Positions 1 through 13,230 are shown, numbered from the stretch's first letter. The stretch: 64,000 nucleotides of DNA from Cycas panzhihuaensis (GCA_023213395.1 CM041465.1:104663741-104727740), one strand, 5' to 3'. A program made the numbers and translations. Notes: a model not told the origin generated them from the sequence alone.

Positions 1-959
1 CAATATGTCATTAATATATAATACTAAGATAATAAATAAGCCATTGTCCAAGAATTTAAAGAAAATATAATGATCATAGTCATTTCTTTTAAAATTTTAG
101 CTCTCCATGAAGGCATCAAACTTCCTATACCATTACCCGGGTGATTGCTTTAGGTCATATAATGATTTCTTGAGCCTACAAATAAGTCTTTTCCTACCAT
201 CTTGTACAAACCTTTCTGAATGATCTATATAGATGTCCTCATCTAAATCTCCATGTAGAAAAGTTATTTTTATATCTAACTACTCCAACTCCAAATCAAG
301 AGAGGCTACCAATGATAATAGAACTTGAATTAAAACAAGTTTAACAACTAGTAAAAAGATCTCATGAAAATAAATACCTACTTTCTGTACAAAGCCTTAA
401 GCCACCAGTCTTGCCATAATTTATCAACATTTCTATCAACATCTATTTTCTTCTTGAAAACCCACTTGCAACCAATAGTCTTCCTACCATATGGAAGTTC
501 TACCAAGTCCCATGAATTATTTTTCTTCAAAGCATCTATCTCTTCTTGTATAGCCCTCTTCCACTTCTCATTATCATCTACTACTTCCTGGTAGCATGTA
601 GGCTCACCATCATTAGAAACCAAAGTAATAGAAATAGAAGGGTTGTACCTAGCAGGTGGAAGATTAACTCATGTAGATCTTCTAATAGTTGTTGGAGGAG
701 TATCCATATATTCTTGTAAATCTATTATAGATTCATCTTCAGAAAGCTCTTCCTGCACTTCTATTTCCAAAGATGGTTGGGTCTCAATCTTGACCTATTG
801 ATATTCATCTTTCTAGTCCTATTTCACTTCAATTTCTACACTATCTAATTTTAGAAAAGGAGATTCATCAAACACAACATCTCTATTAATAGTAATTTTA
901 TAAGTAATAGGATCCCACAACCTATATCCCTTCACACCATCTCTATCACTATAACCAAC
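1..959 (-). pseudogene. pol: A1 integrase C-terminus / RT N-terminal remnant
   Basis: ORF 378-623 (EPTCYQEVV...WKRAIQEEIDALKKNNSWDLVELP); multiple stops. Confidence 0.9.
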
Positions 960-3900
960 TGGAAGCACACCTTTAGGGGATCAGTAGATGCAAAGAGATC
1001 AAGCCTATATAATCAATAATCATGGTACTAAAGAATCTTTAGAAGTAAGGAAAAGGATTACCAATAAAGGGCATCCGTGAATCGAAACACAGGTTTAAGG
1101 ATCCACAAATGACACATAAATCTTCCCTTATGGTGAGCACCTTCTCAGATTCGAGATGGGCAAGGGGGCTTCCTCAATTTTTTGAGTAGCCTTAAATGGA
1201 ACCTCCTATCCTGGCTGGCCAAGGAAGGAGGATTGGAATGAGGGAAACCTTTCCCAAGGAGAGGGAAAGAGAGGAGGTAGACCCTAATGGAAGAAAGGGT
1301 ACCTATGAATAAGAAATGGATAATAGATAACGAAGGTGCAAGGAGGAAGTTGGGTGGAAAAGGACTAACTTCCAAATAGAGGTAAGACGAAGTGATGCCT
1401 CACCAAAGAAGAGGAGAAGGACCTTAAGGATGATGCCCCTAAGGTATCAATACCCAAAATGGATGGCTAGGTGTAGGAGATTAGGCAATGTATCTTTTAT
1501 TTTTGTTTTATAGTGAATCGAATGGTGTTATGAGTGGATGTTATTTCTGGTTTATATTTGGATTAAAAAAAAAAGAAAGGAAAGAACAACAACTCTCTCT
1601 CTCTCTTGATCCTAGCCTCTCTCTCTTTGCCTTTTACAAATGTCAAAGGGACCAAGCTTATAAGAATCATAGATAGAGAATGAAAGGACTAATGCAAGTT
1701 AACTTGGTAATACATGAGAAGAGGATAGGTTGGAGTAGAGGAACTCACAACGTTTTACACTCTAACCCTAACGGATACAAGAGTCAAGCGAGGAGAGGGG
1801 GATGAGGATGCAACTAGTGGCATCAATACCTACACCTACAAAAATGACTATCCTTCCCTCTATATGATCAAAGAAAATAATCAACGAACAATAAAACACA
1901 AACTACTTTTCCTTTCTCTCTTTTCTTTCCTTAGGAGTAAGGGGAAGAGGAATGAGTGAGAAGATAGAGTGAAAAGGAGTGCACTTAGAACCAAGATGGT
2001 TGACGTAGAGGGCCCTTTCTCTTTCCACACAATCCACTCTCGTCTACCTAATGCTCCTTATCACAATTGGTATAGTGGGAGGAGTACCGGTGGGGCTTCC
2101 TTACCTTCCTCAAAGATAAAATATAGAAAGAACTAAAAAGAAAAAGAGAGTCACTCATAATAAAATTTCAAAGCAACATAATGATAATAAGAGAGATGTG
2201 CATACCCTTTATGAAGACCTTTGTTTTCTCCAAAAAGGTAAAACCTATACAACAAGTTACTTACCCTTTCCCAAGGGCATTAGACATACATGGGAGCAAG
2301 CGTGTGTATGTACTTAGCAAAAGAAAGAAAGAAAGTGATCTTATGCAAATATCCTTTAAACAAGCATCATATGATTATGGGAAAAAGGGGGTAAAATGAG
2401 GAAGGAAAGGTAGCCTCAGAATGGCTAACCCTCCAAGTGAGATATCTCCATGTATCTAGGCACTCAAACTGGCAGATCAAGTAAGAAGCCAAATTTTTCT
2501 AACAGTAAAAAGGCAACCAATTTTGTATATAGAAAATGTTGCAAAAGATATAAAAGTTATAAATATTGCAATATGAAACTTTTGCAAGATTTGCAAAAGT
2601 AAAGCTAAGACTATGTAAATCACAAGGGGCTACTACTGAGATCAGATTTCATGAAGGTATGAAGGATGGTTGCAGCCATTGCAAGCTACTTCCAACACTG
2701 CAACCAATAAGGTTTCCTACCTCAAGGGTTTTTGGGTGTACAAGAAAGGTATAGGGAGAGGAGAAGAGCAAAGAGTAGGGGGTTGCCCTAGAGGAGATGG
2801 CCAAGAGGGTCAAAACCCTAGCCTAGAACTCCTTTCTCTCTTTGCTGCATTTTTTCCTCTCAACCTCCTTGATTTAGATATAGGAGAAACCTCAAAGCGT
2901 GAGGAAATAAGACAAGGAAGAGGAAGGGTTTGCCTTCCAGAATGGAGATGTGTGAAATGGTTTCCTAAAGAAAACTGAACAAACAAGCAAGAAAAATTCT
3001 TTTTCTAAAGGAAAAGAATAATATATAGGTCTAAAAATACTTGCTAAAATAGATTTGAAATGGTTCTACCTTGTGTGGTGGCTGGGAGAAGGGTTTCCCT
3101 TGAAGAATGGGTGAGAAACCCCTGCAACGGCATGAGAAGAGAGTATAACCTATAAATAAACTTAATGCTAGCGATTTGATAGAGTGCTTATGGAGAAGAT
3201 TTATCCAAGACCCATTGTTTTAGACCTGTAACTTAGGGTTTTACCCTAAGGAAGGAGTGGAGAATAGGTAGCAGTTGGAGAGAGCATTCTTCTTAGAAAT
3301 TTTCTAAGAGATGAGAGAAAAGAAGAAGAAGGGAATGAGCCAAATTTTAGGTTTTTCTAACCCAACCCTAACCTAACACGTGATTAGAGCTCCCCTTGGG
3401 TGGGAAACAACTTAACACCATGTGTCAATTTTGCATTTAATACGAAATTGGTCATGGCCAAGTAGAAAGATAAATGTGAATAGTCGTACTGTAGCAGACT
3501 TCGCGGTACTGTAGAGTTTATAGTGATACTACAGAATTTGTAGTGGTGCACTCAAAATTAGGTGAAAACATAAAGGAGAGCCTAAAAGGCTCCCTAAAAG
3601 GGGATCCTAGACCCTAAAAGGGCAGAATAGTGAATTGCCAGAGTGTCTAGGAGGTTTTAAGAGATGGTGGGACCATGATAAGCAAGGAAAGTGGCAACAA
3701 GGCCCTAATGAGAGATGAGTGGCAAACAAGAATGATGATTAGGCCTAAACAGGTTGATAGGGATCACATCATGCCAAAAGGTGATAAAGAATGGGCTACA
3801 AGAGCCAAGAGCACTTGAAGAGGATGTGGAGGCATGATGGAGGGTCATGAAGTACCATGGGATACTTATCTCACGTCGTCATAGGCTAGAATATTAGATG

Positions 3901-4076
3901 CAAACATGAGTAAGTAAGCTAGCCATGCACAACGATCATACAATCAATCAATAATATGCAATGTGTATCTATCGATAATCCAATAGTACCCTGAGGCCAA
4001 TGAAAGTGAGGATAGAAATATACCTATGCTTACCTGAGGTGAGTTATCCATGTTCATTCTCGGTAGCTAGGAAATA
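960..4076 (-). mobile_element. Solo LTR (~3.1 kb) of a Tat-type Gypsy family, inserted in A1 integrase
   Basis: A1 resumes exactly across it when compared with A2 at 26440-26460. Flanks ccaac/acaac form a 5-bp TSD with 1 mismatch. Both ends and internal motifs (tagcctcagaatggctaac) match the LTRs at 13798-17102 and 60119-62679. Confidence 0.85.
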
Positions 4077-6091
4077 ACAACAAAGATACATCTCTTGGAT
4101 TTCAAGTCTAACATTGAACATTGACTTTTATTAGTCAAGGCATGAGCATCACAACCAAAAACTTTCAAATTTGAATAGTCACATGGATGTCTAGTCCATA
4201 TCTCTTTAGGAATCTTGTAGTTTATTACAAATGATGGTGACCTATTTATTAAATAACAAGTTGTTTGAATAACTTTTGCCCATAAGCCCTGCTCCACACC
4301 TACATTACTTAGCATGCTTCTCACTCTTTCCAAGAGTATCCTGTTCATGCACTCAGTTATACCATTCTACTACAAAGTATAGCTAGTGGTCTTATTCCTT
4401 TCGATCCCAACTTCTCTGTAATAGTTGTCAAACTTTAAGGAGTTGAACTTACCTCCATTATCAGTTCTTAAACATTCGATTGACCTACTAGTGTTCTTCT
4501 CAACTAGAGCCTTGAATTGTTTAAACACACTAAAAATTTTAAATTTTCTTTTCAAAATATAGACCCATACCTTTATGGAGTAATCATCTATAAATGTGAT
4601 AAAGTACAATGATCCTCCATAAGATATTGCAGGGGCTAGTCCTCATACATCTAAATGTATATAATCTATAACACCTTTATTAGTGTGACTCTCTACTTTA
4701 AACATAAGTCTACACTGCTTTCTAAAAATATAATATTTATAAAAAGTCAAATCTAAAAGTTGTAAGTTATGAAACAACTTACGGTTCATTGGCACCTTAA
4801 GTCCTCTCTCACTCATGTGCCTAAGTCTTTAATGCTATAACTGAGCTAGATCTTCTACAATCCTTGATGTTGTAGTTGCATGGCTGACATCTGTACTTCC
4901 CACTAAAATATAAAGATTTCCTTTCTTTAAGGCTTTCATAACAATGAAGGCACCGTTTGACACCTAAAAGACTCCTACATAACCTGTGTATTTATAACCA
5001 CCAGAATCTAGTTCACCTAAGGAAATTAGATTTCTTTTTAGATTAGGTACATGTCTTACTTTAATTGATATCTCATTATACCATTGAACATTTTAATTCT
5101 AATGCTACCAATGCCTATTATCTTATAAGAAACTTCATTTCCCATACGCATATCACCACCATCAAGAGGTTGGTATAATGAAAACTAACTCTTGTGTGGA
5201 CACATGTGGTGTGAAGCACCTGAATCTAATAACAAATCATGATGATAATTGGAAACATTACAAGCAACTAAGACATTTTTATCTATACCTTAATTCGACT
5301 CCACCTGATTAGCCTCTTTGGAAGGATCTTCTTTTTTCTAAAACTCCTTCCTTTTATAGCAATCCTTCTTGAGGTGACCTGTCTTATTACAGTATCAACA
5401 TCTGAGCTTACGCTTCTTGCCTTTTAACCTTGGCCTTTATGTGTCCTTGGATCTTTGTCCTCTCTCAATTATTTTGCCCCTTGTTGTCATAGCTTTTAGT
5501 ATGGAGGTTTTAAGAATGGACTTCCTCTCACCTCTTCCATCAACAAAGCACTCACATCAAAAACATAGTCTAATTCATCTATAATGCTAAAACTAATTTA
5601 GGTGATAATATTATCCCAAGATTCTAGTAATGAACATAACAAGATAACATCCTTGTCCTCATCCTCACTCGTGGCATCGATACTAGCCAGCTGACAAATA
5701 AGAGTATTGAAAATATTTCATTAATCAAGAATTTTTGTATCTTCTTTCATCTACAATGAGTACAACTATCTCTTCAAGTAGATTAGATATGTCACTAATT
5801 TGGTCATGTACAAGCCTTCTAACCAAGTCCATAATCGTGCTTCTATCTTCTCCCCTATGATGTTAAGTAGAACTTCATCTACCAAGCACGATTATATTAT
5901 GCTAAGAGTACTTTTTCCCAGATCATCCTATTTATCATCATCCAACCCTGCAGGTTTCTTGGTTTACCTTCTAGAGTTCTATATAATCCCTATTGTACCA
6001 GAACATGATACACTTTTAGCTTCTAAAACTCGATGTTGTTCTTGCCATTGAATTTTTCCACCTCAAACTTTGCATTTGTCAGTTTTTCTAT
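4077..6091 (-). pseudogene. gag-pol: A1 gag-protease-integrase remnant
   Basis: ORFs 4067-4348 and 4370-4609 are integrase core. Protease DSGASHHMC at ~5200-5230; zinc knuckle at ~5355-5400. Confidence 0.9.
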
Positions 6092-6149
6092 TTAGTGTAG
6101 AAAAAGCCAACACCAAAACTTTCACAAACTTACTACAAAAATAAAAGTG

Positions 6150-6161
6150 GCTTTGATACCA
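6150..6161 (-). promoter_or_regulatory. A1 primer-binding site (tRNA-iMet)
   Basis: Reverse complement tggtatcaaagc, 2 nt from the LTR end. Confidence 0.85.
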
Positions 6162-6163
6162 CT

Positions 6164-6822
6164 TGTTGAGAAAGCTAGGTCCCAATAACTAGAAACTGCC
6201 ACTAAGATCTAAACTATTTTGTAACTAGTTATAGGAATTAAAATTGAAAATTTACATACAAGTTCTTAAACTAGAGATAATATAATAAATAAATCAGAAA
6301 GCCAAAGTATTATATATACACCTGATATAATGTGGTAAAACCCTAATAGTGTGCTAAGGAAACATCCATACAAGAAAGGTATCGATTTTTATTATCTAAG
6401 AATAGAGAAATATACATAATCTGTAGCAGAATGCTCATAGCAATAATAACTAATTGCCTTGCTCATCAAAGTACATACAATACATCGAATACCATCAACA
6501 TAATGAAAAAACACCCTAAATTGGACTATATGAGAGAGTCACACAAGGCACAAATCTTAATCATCAAATGTGGGGTATTTTGAATGAATGACCTTGATTC
6601 TCTTTATAATTTAGTATGTTTTACAGTACTAGCTTTTTGGGTCAGGGGCTACTGCCCCTAAACCCCCTCTTTGCAAGGGGGGATTATAGCTCCCCCCATA
6701 CCCCTCGACCAAAGGGGGCTCCCACCCCCCTTGGATCCTCCTGTAGAAGTTGAGAGAGGAAACCACACTGCCAACCTGTCAAAATGTTTTCCTCCAAAAC
6801 ATTGTTGTCATATTATCTAACA
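6164..6822 (-). repeat. A1 5' LTR (659 bp)
   Basis: TG...CA termini; alignable over its length with 23835-24499 and 28538-29230. Confidence 0.92.
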
Positions 6823-6984
6823 AGGCCTGTGCCCACATGTCCTGAATCTACATCCAAGAGGTGTATGAGCACCCTACATGGGCCACTTAAGACTTCATTT
6901 ACACTCTATTCTAGGTCTCATACCTTAGGCCTAGCATCCCTTGGTGTTGGTTATCTTAGATACCCCTGGCAGGAGCGATCTCAC

Positions 6985-7002
6985 TAGCGACCATACTAGG
7001 GA
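6985..7002 (+). promoter_or_regulatory. T1 PBS, degenerate tRNA-Arg type
   Basis: tagcgaccatactaggga resembles the tggcgac...ggga PBS of Tat/Ogre elements; follows ...tctca. Confidence 0.65.
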
Positions 7003-7203
7003 CACATTGATTAGAATGCCTTAGGTCTTCTTTAGTTTTCTGGCGTATCTTTTTTCCTGCATAAGGCCTATTAGGGTGTTATTTATAGATCTTTTATTGC
7101 TTCATTTCTTCTTGGTTCTCTCTACTTCTTTAAGCAGAGTGGTTCACCTCTAGATGCAACATTTCTCACATCGCTCTCCTAGTTTATCTCTAGTCAAAGC
7201 AAA

Positions 7204-7525
7204 TGTCACAGGTTGCCATTACACCAAAAGCCCTGGGGTGATTTGGGAAGAGGACTTCCTTGTGATAGTTAGCATCATTTGCTCCAACACTCCCCCATCA
7301 CAAGGAGTCGATTATACCTACACAGATTGGTATGTCCACCACAACATTCTTCAGTAGGACACAATGCCTTCATGGATATCTAGGTGCACTACCGCAGTAC
7401 ACAAGACTGGTTTTGAACCCTGGTCACTCTGATACCAGTTGTCACAAGTTGTTATTACACCAAAAGCCCCGGGGTAATTTGGGAAGAGGACTTCCTTATG
7501 ATAGTTAGTGTCATGTACTCCAACA
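7204..7525 (-). mobile_element. TRIM (322 bp): two 86-bp LTRs and a 150-bp internal region
   Basis: LTRs 7204-7289 and 7440-7525 (TG..CA, 10 differences). PBS rc tggtatcagag 7427-7437. PPT rc gggggag 7290-7296. TSD gcaaa/acaaa. Confidence 0.93.
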
Positions 7526-8699
7526 ACAAAGACCATTTATTCTTCTATTCTCTCATCTGACCAAGAGTCACCAATAGAGGGGTATCCTTTCAATTGGGCC
7601 AATGACCCTTGTGCTTTAATTAAAGGTTATCAAGGCCCTTAACCACTCCTTATATATGTCATAGGAAGCTTTCAATCTAGTGAGCCTACTCCATACACTG
7701 AGGGGATCTCCCCATCCTATCCATCCCATTCTAATCATCAAGGAGAAGTTTCTACCTCTTACAACCAATCTTATATTCCTCATGGGGATATGGTTGACAC
7801 CCTAAGGGAATGCTTTGAAGTTGCAACCACATAACCACCTCCCAAGTGGTTGTAATGGTTCCTTCAAAGTTTAGCACCCCCATCTTCCTTTGCCCCCCCT
7901 CTTTCATATTTTCCTTTTGCTTCCTCTACATTTCAAGAAGTAGTATTAACAAGGTATATTCCCATATGTGTTCCTCCAGGATAACTGGTCACTTTAGGTA
8001 TATAAACCCCTCAAGCAGGGGTAAGCATGCCTTTGTTTCCAACCAATATGTCCCAACCCATCACAACACCAACTCATTCTTTCCCTTTAATTATGCCCCT
8101 TCCCCCATGCCATGCAGAATAAGGAGGCATGGCTTCCATCTATTTGTAACCATAAACCATGGATACTTTACTCTTTGTTCCCCCAAGGTACACATCACAA
8201 CTTTGGGAGTATGCGAGATCAAATCCCCTCACTACATACAGAGTTGATCCCTTTCATCCTGATAGGGTTGCCCCTCCCTTTGGGAAATCATATGAGCAAA
8301 ACCACATTCCTTATCCTCCATGTTATCAACTTTGTTATGTGCCTCATGTAGGCTCTTCCTTATAGATCTACCCATCTACTCCCATGGGAATATGTCCTCA
8401 ACCCTTAGTATCTTATATGGCATGCCCTCAAGGTGTGACAAGACCCTCTCACCCAGCTCCTTATCCAGTATTTCCTTAATTTAGGGCCATATATCCTTAT
8501 TTGTTAGGAGTGGTAGCCTACCCCCTTACTTCTTACATCCCTTATTAATAAGGGAATCACCTTTATGATGCCACCCTTTATTCACCACATGTTGGGGGTG
8601 GGTATCCCTATGCTACATCCCTTTATAACTAGGTTGACCCATTAATCCAACTAGGGGCTCATCCCTTTATTGATTACTAGTCAACCTCATTATCAATTG

Positions 8700-10620
8700 A
8701 GGTGTTAAGGACCAACTTATTGCCTCATCCTCCTAAGGTGCCTAAGTTTGATGATAGCTCCTCTCATGATCTAACCACACATGTCAAGGAATTCACCATG
8801 GCATGCATTGACTATTAGGCCTATGATCATATCTTAATAAAACCTTTTCCTAAATCTCTCTATGGAGACGCCCTTAAGTGGTTCTATCGTCTCCCGACCC
8901 ATTCTATTTCAACTTTTAAATAGTTAGTTGATGAATTTGCCAACTACTTTGATGTTGCCTGACCTTTCAAGAGTGGGGTTAAAGCCCTACTCTCACTTAA
9001 ACAAGTCCCTAAGGAGCCAATCCATGACTCTGTGTGGTAGTTCCATGATCTCCTTCATTCTTCTAAGGCCACACTACTTGAAGAATTGAAGCAGGATCTT
9101 TTTATTAATGCATTATACCCTGAGATACACATTGAGGTCCTTAAAATGGGAGTGACCTCTTGTGATTCTACCATAGCTAAATTCTTGGCATTAGAAGCCA
9201 TTGAGATCCAAGAAAGACTCAAGAAGCTTTCAAAGCATTCACAATGTTGCAAGGTACCCCCTCCCTCACACAACCAAAAGGGATAACAATTGACTTTTAG
9301 GCCTCTTGTCAACATGATTGACAAGACCCTAGATCCCCTCACATCTGTTATTTACTCTTTTGAGCGAATAGTTAAAGATATCAAGCTGCAACTAACTTAA
9401 GCTTCTCTTAAATTACAATGTCCTGTGCACTAAACCTCTAAAACTACTTCATCTATAAATGCCAATACTACTTTCCAAAGGAAGGCAATGCAATCACCTC
9501 CTAAGAAGAAGTAGTGTTCTATCCATGGTGAGTGTTTCCATGATGACTCACAATGTTGGAAGCAACACCCTAAAATTGCCCTATCCCATGAGCCTCCTTC
9601 ATAGGGTGCCTCTGAATCGAACTTCGAGCAGCTTATCCATCGCGATCTATTCCCCAACCATGAGGAACAGGATCATTCCCAAAATAGGAGGGTAAGAAAC
9701 AGGAGGCAGACTCCCCCTCTTCCTCAGATTGGGCGAAGGGCAAGGCTCTAATCAATCCCTCTCCTCCTACTAGCCTTACAGTTCATCATCCCTCCTCCTC
9801 TTGTTCTAAAAGCAAGAAGAGGAAGGTTATTCAACAAGTTGAGACCACCCTCGTATGCCTAGTCTTATGATCTCAAGCCTCCAGGGAGGCTAGTAAAGCC
9901 TCCACTTCTCAGCAACAACTCCCTACAACTACTCCTCTAACAAAGATCCCTATAGTCATAAAGACTATTCTCATGCACCTTAGGTGGCATAATTTTAGGA
10001 GGGCCCTTCCCCAGCACATAGGGAAAGGGAAGGCCTTCTTAATTATTAAAGAATTGCACTCGATTTCTATGGGAATCTCTATGATGGATACCCTGTGGAG
10101 TTGCCCCGAGCAACGTGCTCTCATGTTAAAGGTTCTTGGTCATAGGGATACTCCCATCCACATTGTGGGCATTACCTCTTGTGGAGCTCCTACCATCTCA
10201 TTCGACCCTCGAGACCTCCTATCCCCTAGTGAATGGGAATGCTATTGGTATTACCTATTCACCATCACCATTGATACTCCCAACTTCATGTTGAAGAGGA
10301 TCATCATTAACAATAGTTCCTTAGTTAATGTTATTCCTATGTGAATGGTAGAAAGGTTAGGCATAGAGGCTCTTGAGCCCATTTCCTAAAAATACTAAGG
10401 GCATGATGGGAGCAAGAAGTCTCCCATGGGGATGATGACCCTTCTGCTCATCCTTGATGAGAAGACTATGTAAATAGACATTATTTTTCTTGACATTGAC
10501 ATCAATTACAACCTCCAATTAGGTTAACCATGGATCAATCAAATGGGAGTTGTCTGGTCCTCATAATGGAGGAAACTTAAATTTATCCATGAAGGACAAG
10601 TTAAAGTTGTCACTCATGAG
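8700..10620 (+). pseudogene. gag: T1 gag core and aspartic protease remnant
   Basis: gag-like KPFPKSLYGDALKWFYRL at ~8840-8890; protease KRIIINNSSLVNVIP ... YNLQLG*PWINQMG; homologous to 55400-57124. Confidence 0.75.
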
Positions 10621-11249
10621 CTTCCTCCCTCTCGCGCATCTCCTCCTGCTTATCAGGTTATCTTCGATGCTAGAGATGGCAATTATTATAAGCCTCTTCC
10701 CTCTTTAGGGAACCTTTTTAAGGGGTGTAATCCCTACCAGCATGAGCCCCCATCTCTTACCCTGAACCTAATCTAGTTAGGTTTGCCCCTATTAGTGTAG
10801 GTAACTATGGCTACCTAACTATTATGAGTGACTTTGAGTGGGATATCGAGGGCCATGAGCCACCCCCATAACATATCACTCTTATTTTCCATACACTTAG
10901 GGAAGTGTCCCATGAGGACCCTCCCTCTCTTTTGGGCCCCTCTTTTAGGAATCCTAGGCCTTTGTATCCCATTACAAGGAAAACTATCCACGAGATAGAT
11001 TGCTTAAAAATGACGAAGCCTTATTAGAACATCTAGCGGGGACTTTGCCTAGTTTGCCTTTTAGACACCATAATCTTAGTTTTTGGAAGTGCTTGGTAGT
11101 TAGTTCTCCATTGGCTAAAACTGACCAAATGTCTCTTTTGCCTAAACCTTTTATGGATCAAGCCCCACTTCACTTCGAAGAGGGAAATGTGCTATGTGTA
11201 GGGGTGACTTTGGACATTATCCTTTCCCCTAATAGGGTCCTCAAGGTTG

Positions 11250-12290
11250 GAGCAGAATGTTCATCACAAGAAGTAAAGGAGTACGGAAAACTATTTCATG
11301 AGTTCTGTGACGTATTTACATGGGACTATTTTAACATGAAGGGCAGCAACCCTCATTTTATCACCCACAACCTCACCATAATCCCAGGTGCTTACCCTAT
11401 TAGATAAAAGTAGTGCCCCCTACACTTGAAGCTCTCCACTGCAGTTAAGGCAGAAGTTGAGAAGTTGCTCAATGTAGGTCTAATCACTTCCATTGATTAC
11501 CTTAAATGGATCTCCAATATTGTCCCTATTACTAAAAAGAATGAGACCATTTAAATTTGTGTTGACTTCAGGGACATCAATAATGCATGTCCCAAGGACA
11601 ACTTTCCTTTACCCTTCATCGATCAAATCATTGATTGAACTGCTAGTTTTTAAGTGATGTCCTTAATGGATGCCTTCTCCAACTATAACCAAATTTAAAT
11701 ATCCCTTGAAGACTGCCACAAGATAACTTTTACTACTCCTTGGGGAACCTTTGCTTATAAAGCCATGCCATTTAGTTTAAAGAATATTGGGCCACCTACC
11801 AGAGGGCCATGCATTTTATCTTTCATGACCTCATCAACAAGATCTTTGAAGTCTTTATGGACGACTTGATGGACCTTTCCTAGAGAAGGGTTAACCACCT
11901 CGCAGACCTTAGAATGATTGTTGCCAAGTGTTACAGATATCATGTTAGCCCAAATCCATTAAAGTGTGTTTTCAGGGTTATGATTGGTAAACTCTTAGGG
12001 TTTCCTATCTCCAGACAAAGAATCCATGTCAACCCTAACAAAGTCAAGGACATTATTAACATTCCACCCCCAAGGACACAACGACAAGTTAAATCATTCT
12101 TGGGGTGGTTAGGTTTCTTGAGGCATTTCCTAACAGATTTTTCTATCAACATTAAACCTTTGACCAATCTCCTGAAGAAAGGGACCTCTTTCATTTGGTC
12201 TCCTAGGGCCTAAGAGGCCTTCCAAGAACTTAAGAGAGATCTTATTTTGGCTCCAATATTGGCCCCTCCTTTTTTTCATCATCCCTTCAT
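11250..12290 (+). pseudogene. pol: T1 reverse transcriptase remnant
   Basis: EFCDVFTWDY, CVDFRDINNACPKDNFPLP, MDAFSNYNQI, MPFSLKN, FMDDL, GKLLGF, VKSFLGWLGFLRHF. Confidence 0.9.
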
Positions 12291-12813
12291 AGTCGATGCC
12301 AAGGCACAACGTCCTTTATTCATTGTGAAAGGGCCAATAGGACCGTTTTCTCTAGCCTATCTTTGATTCCTTCAGGGCCCAGGTCTAGTTTCGTCCTTAG
12401 ATATACCATTCTTCCTTTGTTTTGTATATTTATGGCACCTTCTTTTGGCCCTTTTCATGAGCCCTTCTACTTAATTTTTGCATCGTTCAAAATGCTACTA
12501 GAGTTTATACTCTGTTAGCCCATTTTGGTGGCCTAAGTCCATGTTTTCCATCTATTTAAGCCCTTAAGGCTCCTAATAAGATCTCCTTCCTTCCTTAGGT
12601 CCCAGTTGGCCCTGTACCGACCTTAGAGACTCGTTAAACAACTTGTTGCTATGATAACTCTCTGCCATCCATAAGGCAGGCCCTCTACAAGCCTAGTAGC
12701 CTATACACAGGGCTCTCCTTTCATCCCATGGTTAGTTTTCCAAGTTATCGTGAATTATAGAAGCCCCTTTAACCACTTCATTTCCTTATTACAAACCATC
12801 TACTTCTCTCTCC

Positions 12814-13230
12814 ATGGCCTTGCTTATCTATATAGATGGTGGCAATTGGGTAACCTAAGACCTTTTGCAGCCACCTAAATCATCTATGATCCTTCTGGGC
12901 ATGACTTCATGTGTTCCAAAGTGTACTTACCCGATGCCACAAACAATGAGACTGAGTATAGAGATGTCATCGAGGCCCTTACCAATGCACTTCACTTCCA
13001 TCGTGGCCCCATTATTCTCCATTGCGATTCTTAGGTCGTAGTCTCACAATTGACTCAAATCTATCAAGTTCATTGCCCCTAATTGAGGTCCCTTGCCTTG
13101 ACCACCAAGTCTCTTTTGACCTCTTTTTCCTAGGTGGATATCTGGCAAATCCCTTGTGATCAGAATGTTGAAGTTGATAGCCTTGTCCACTTTATTCTTT
13201 AGCATTGTCTCCCTTCCTTGGACAATCCCT
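12814..13230 (+). pseudogene. Archaeal-type RNase H (aRH), apparently a separate ORF 3' of pol
   Basis: MALLIYIDGG...ATNNETEY...HCDS*VVVSQL...IPCDQNVEVDSL, the D-E-D-D motif set of Tat aRH; own ATG; not in the ORF track because of stops and a frameshift. Confidence 0.8.

Larger units (their letters stand above)
1..6822 (-). mobile_element. Ty1/Copia element A1 (Tork/Tnt1-like); 3' part beyond window start; interrupted by solo LTR at 960-4076
   Basis: Minus-strand RT (WDLVELPYGRKTIGCKWVFK), integrase (YFITFIDDYS, LRTDNGGKF) and gag start (KFEVEKFNG). Met-type PBS at 6150-6161 and LTR at 6164-6822. Collinear with copy A2. Confidence 0.93.

Noticed and set aside
7240-7262. Cassandra/5S rRNA origin of the TRIM (rc ggaagtcctc matches plant 5S)
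   Set aside because: Only a ~10-nt match; 5S A and C boxes are absent
7400-7470. True tRNA gene
   Set aside because: Boxes are present but acceptor, D and T stems do not pair; the region is an LTR/PBS junction
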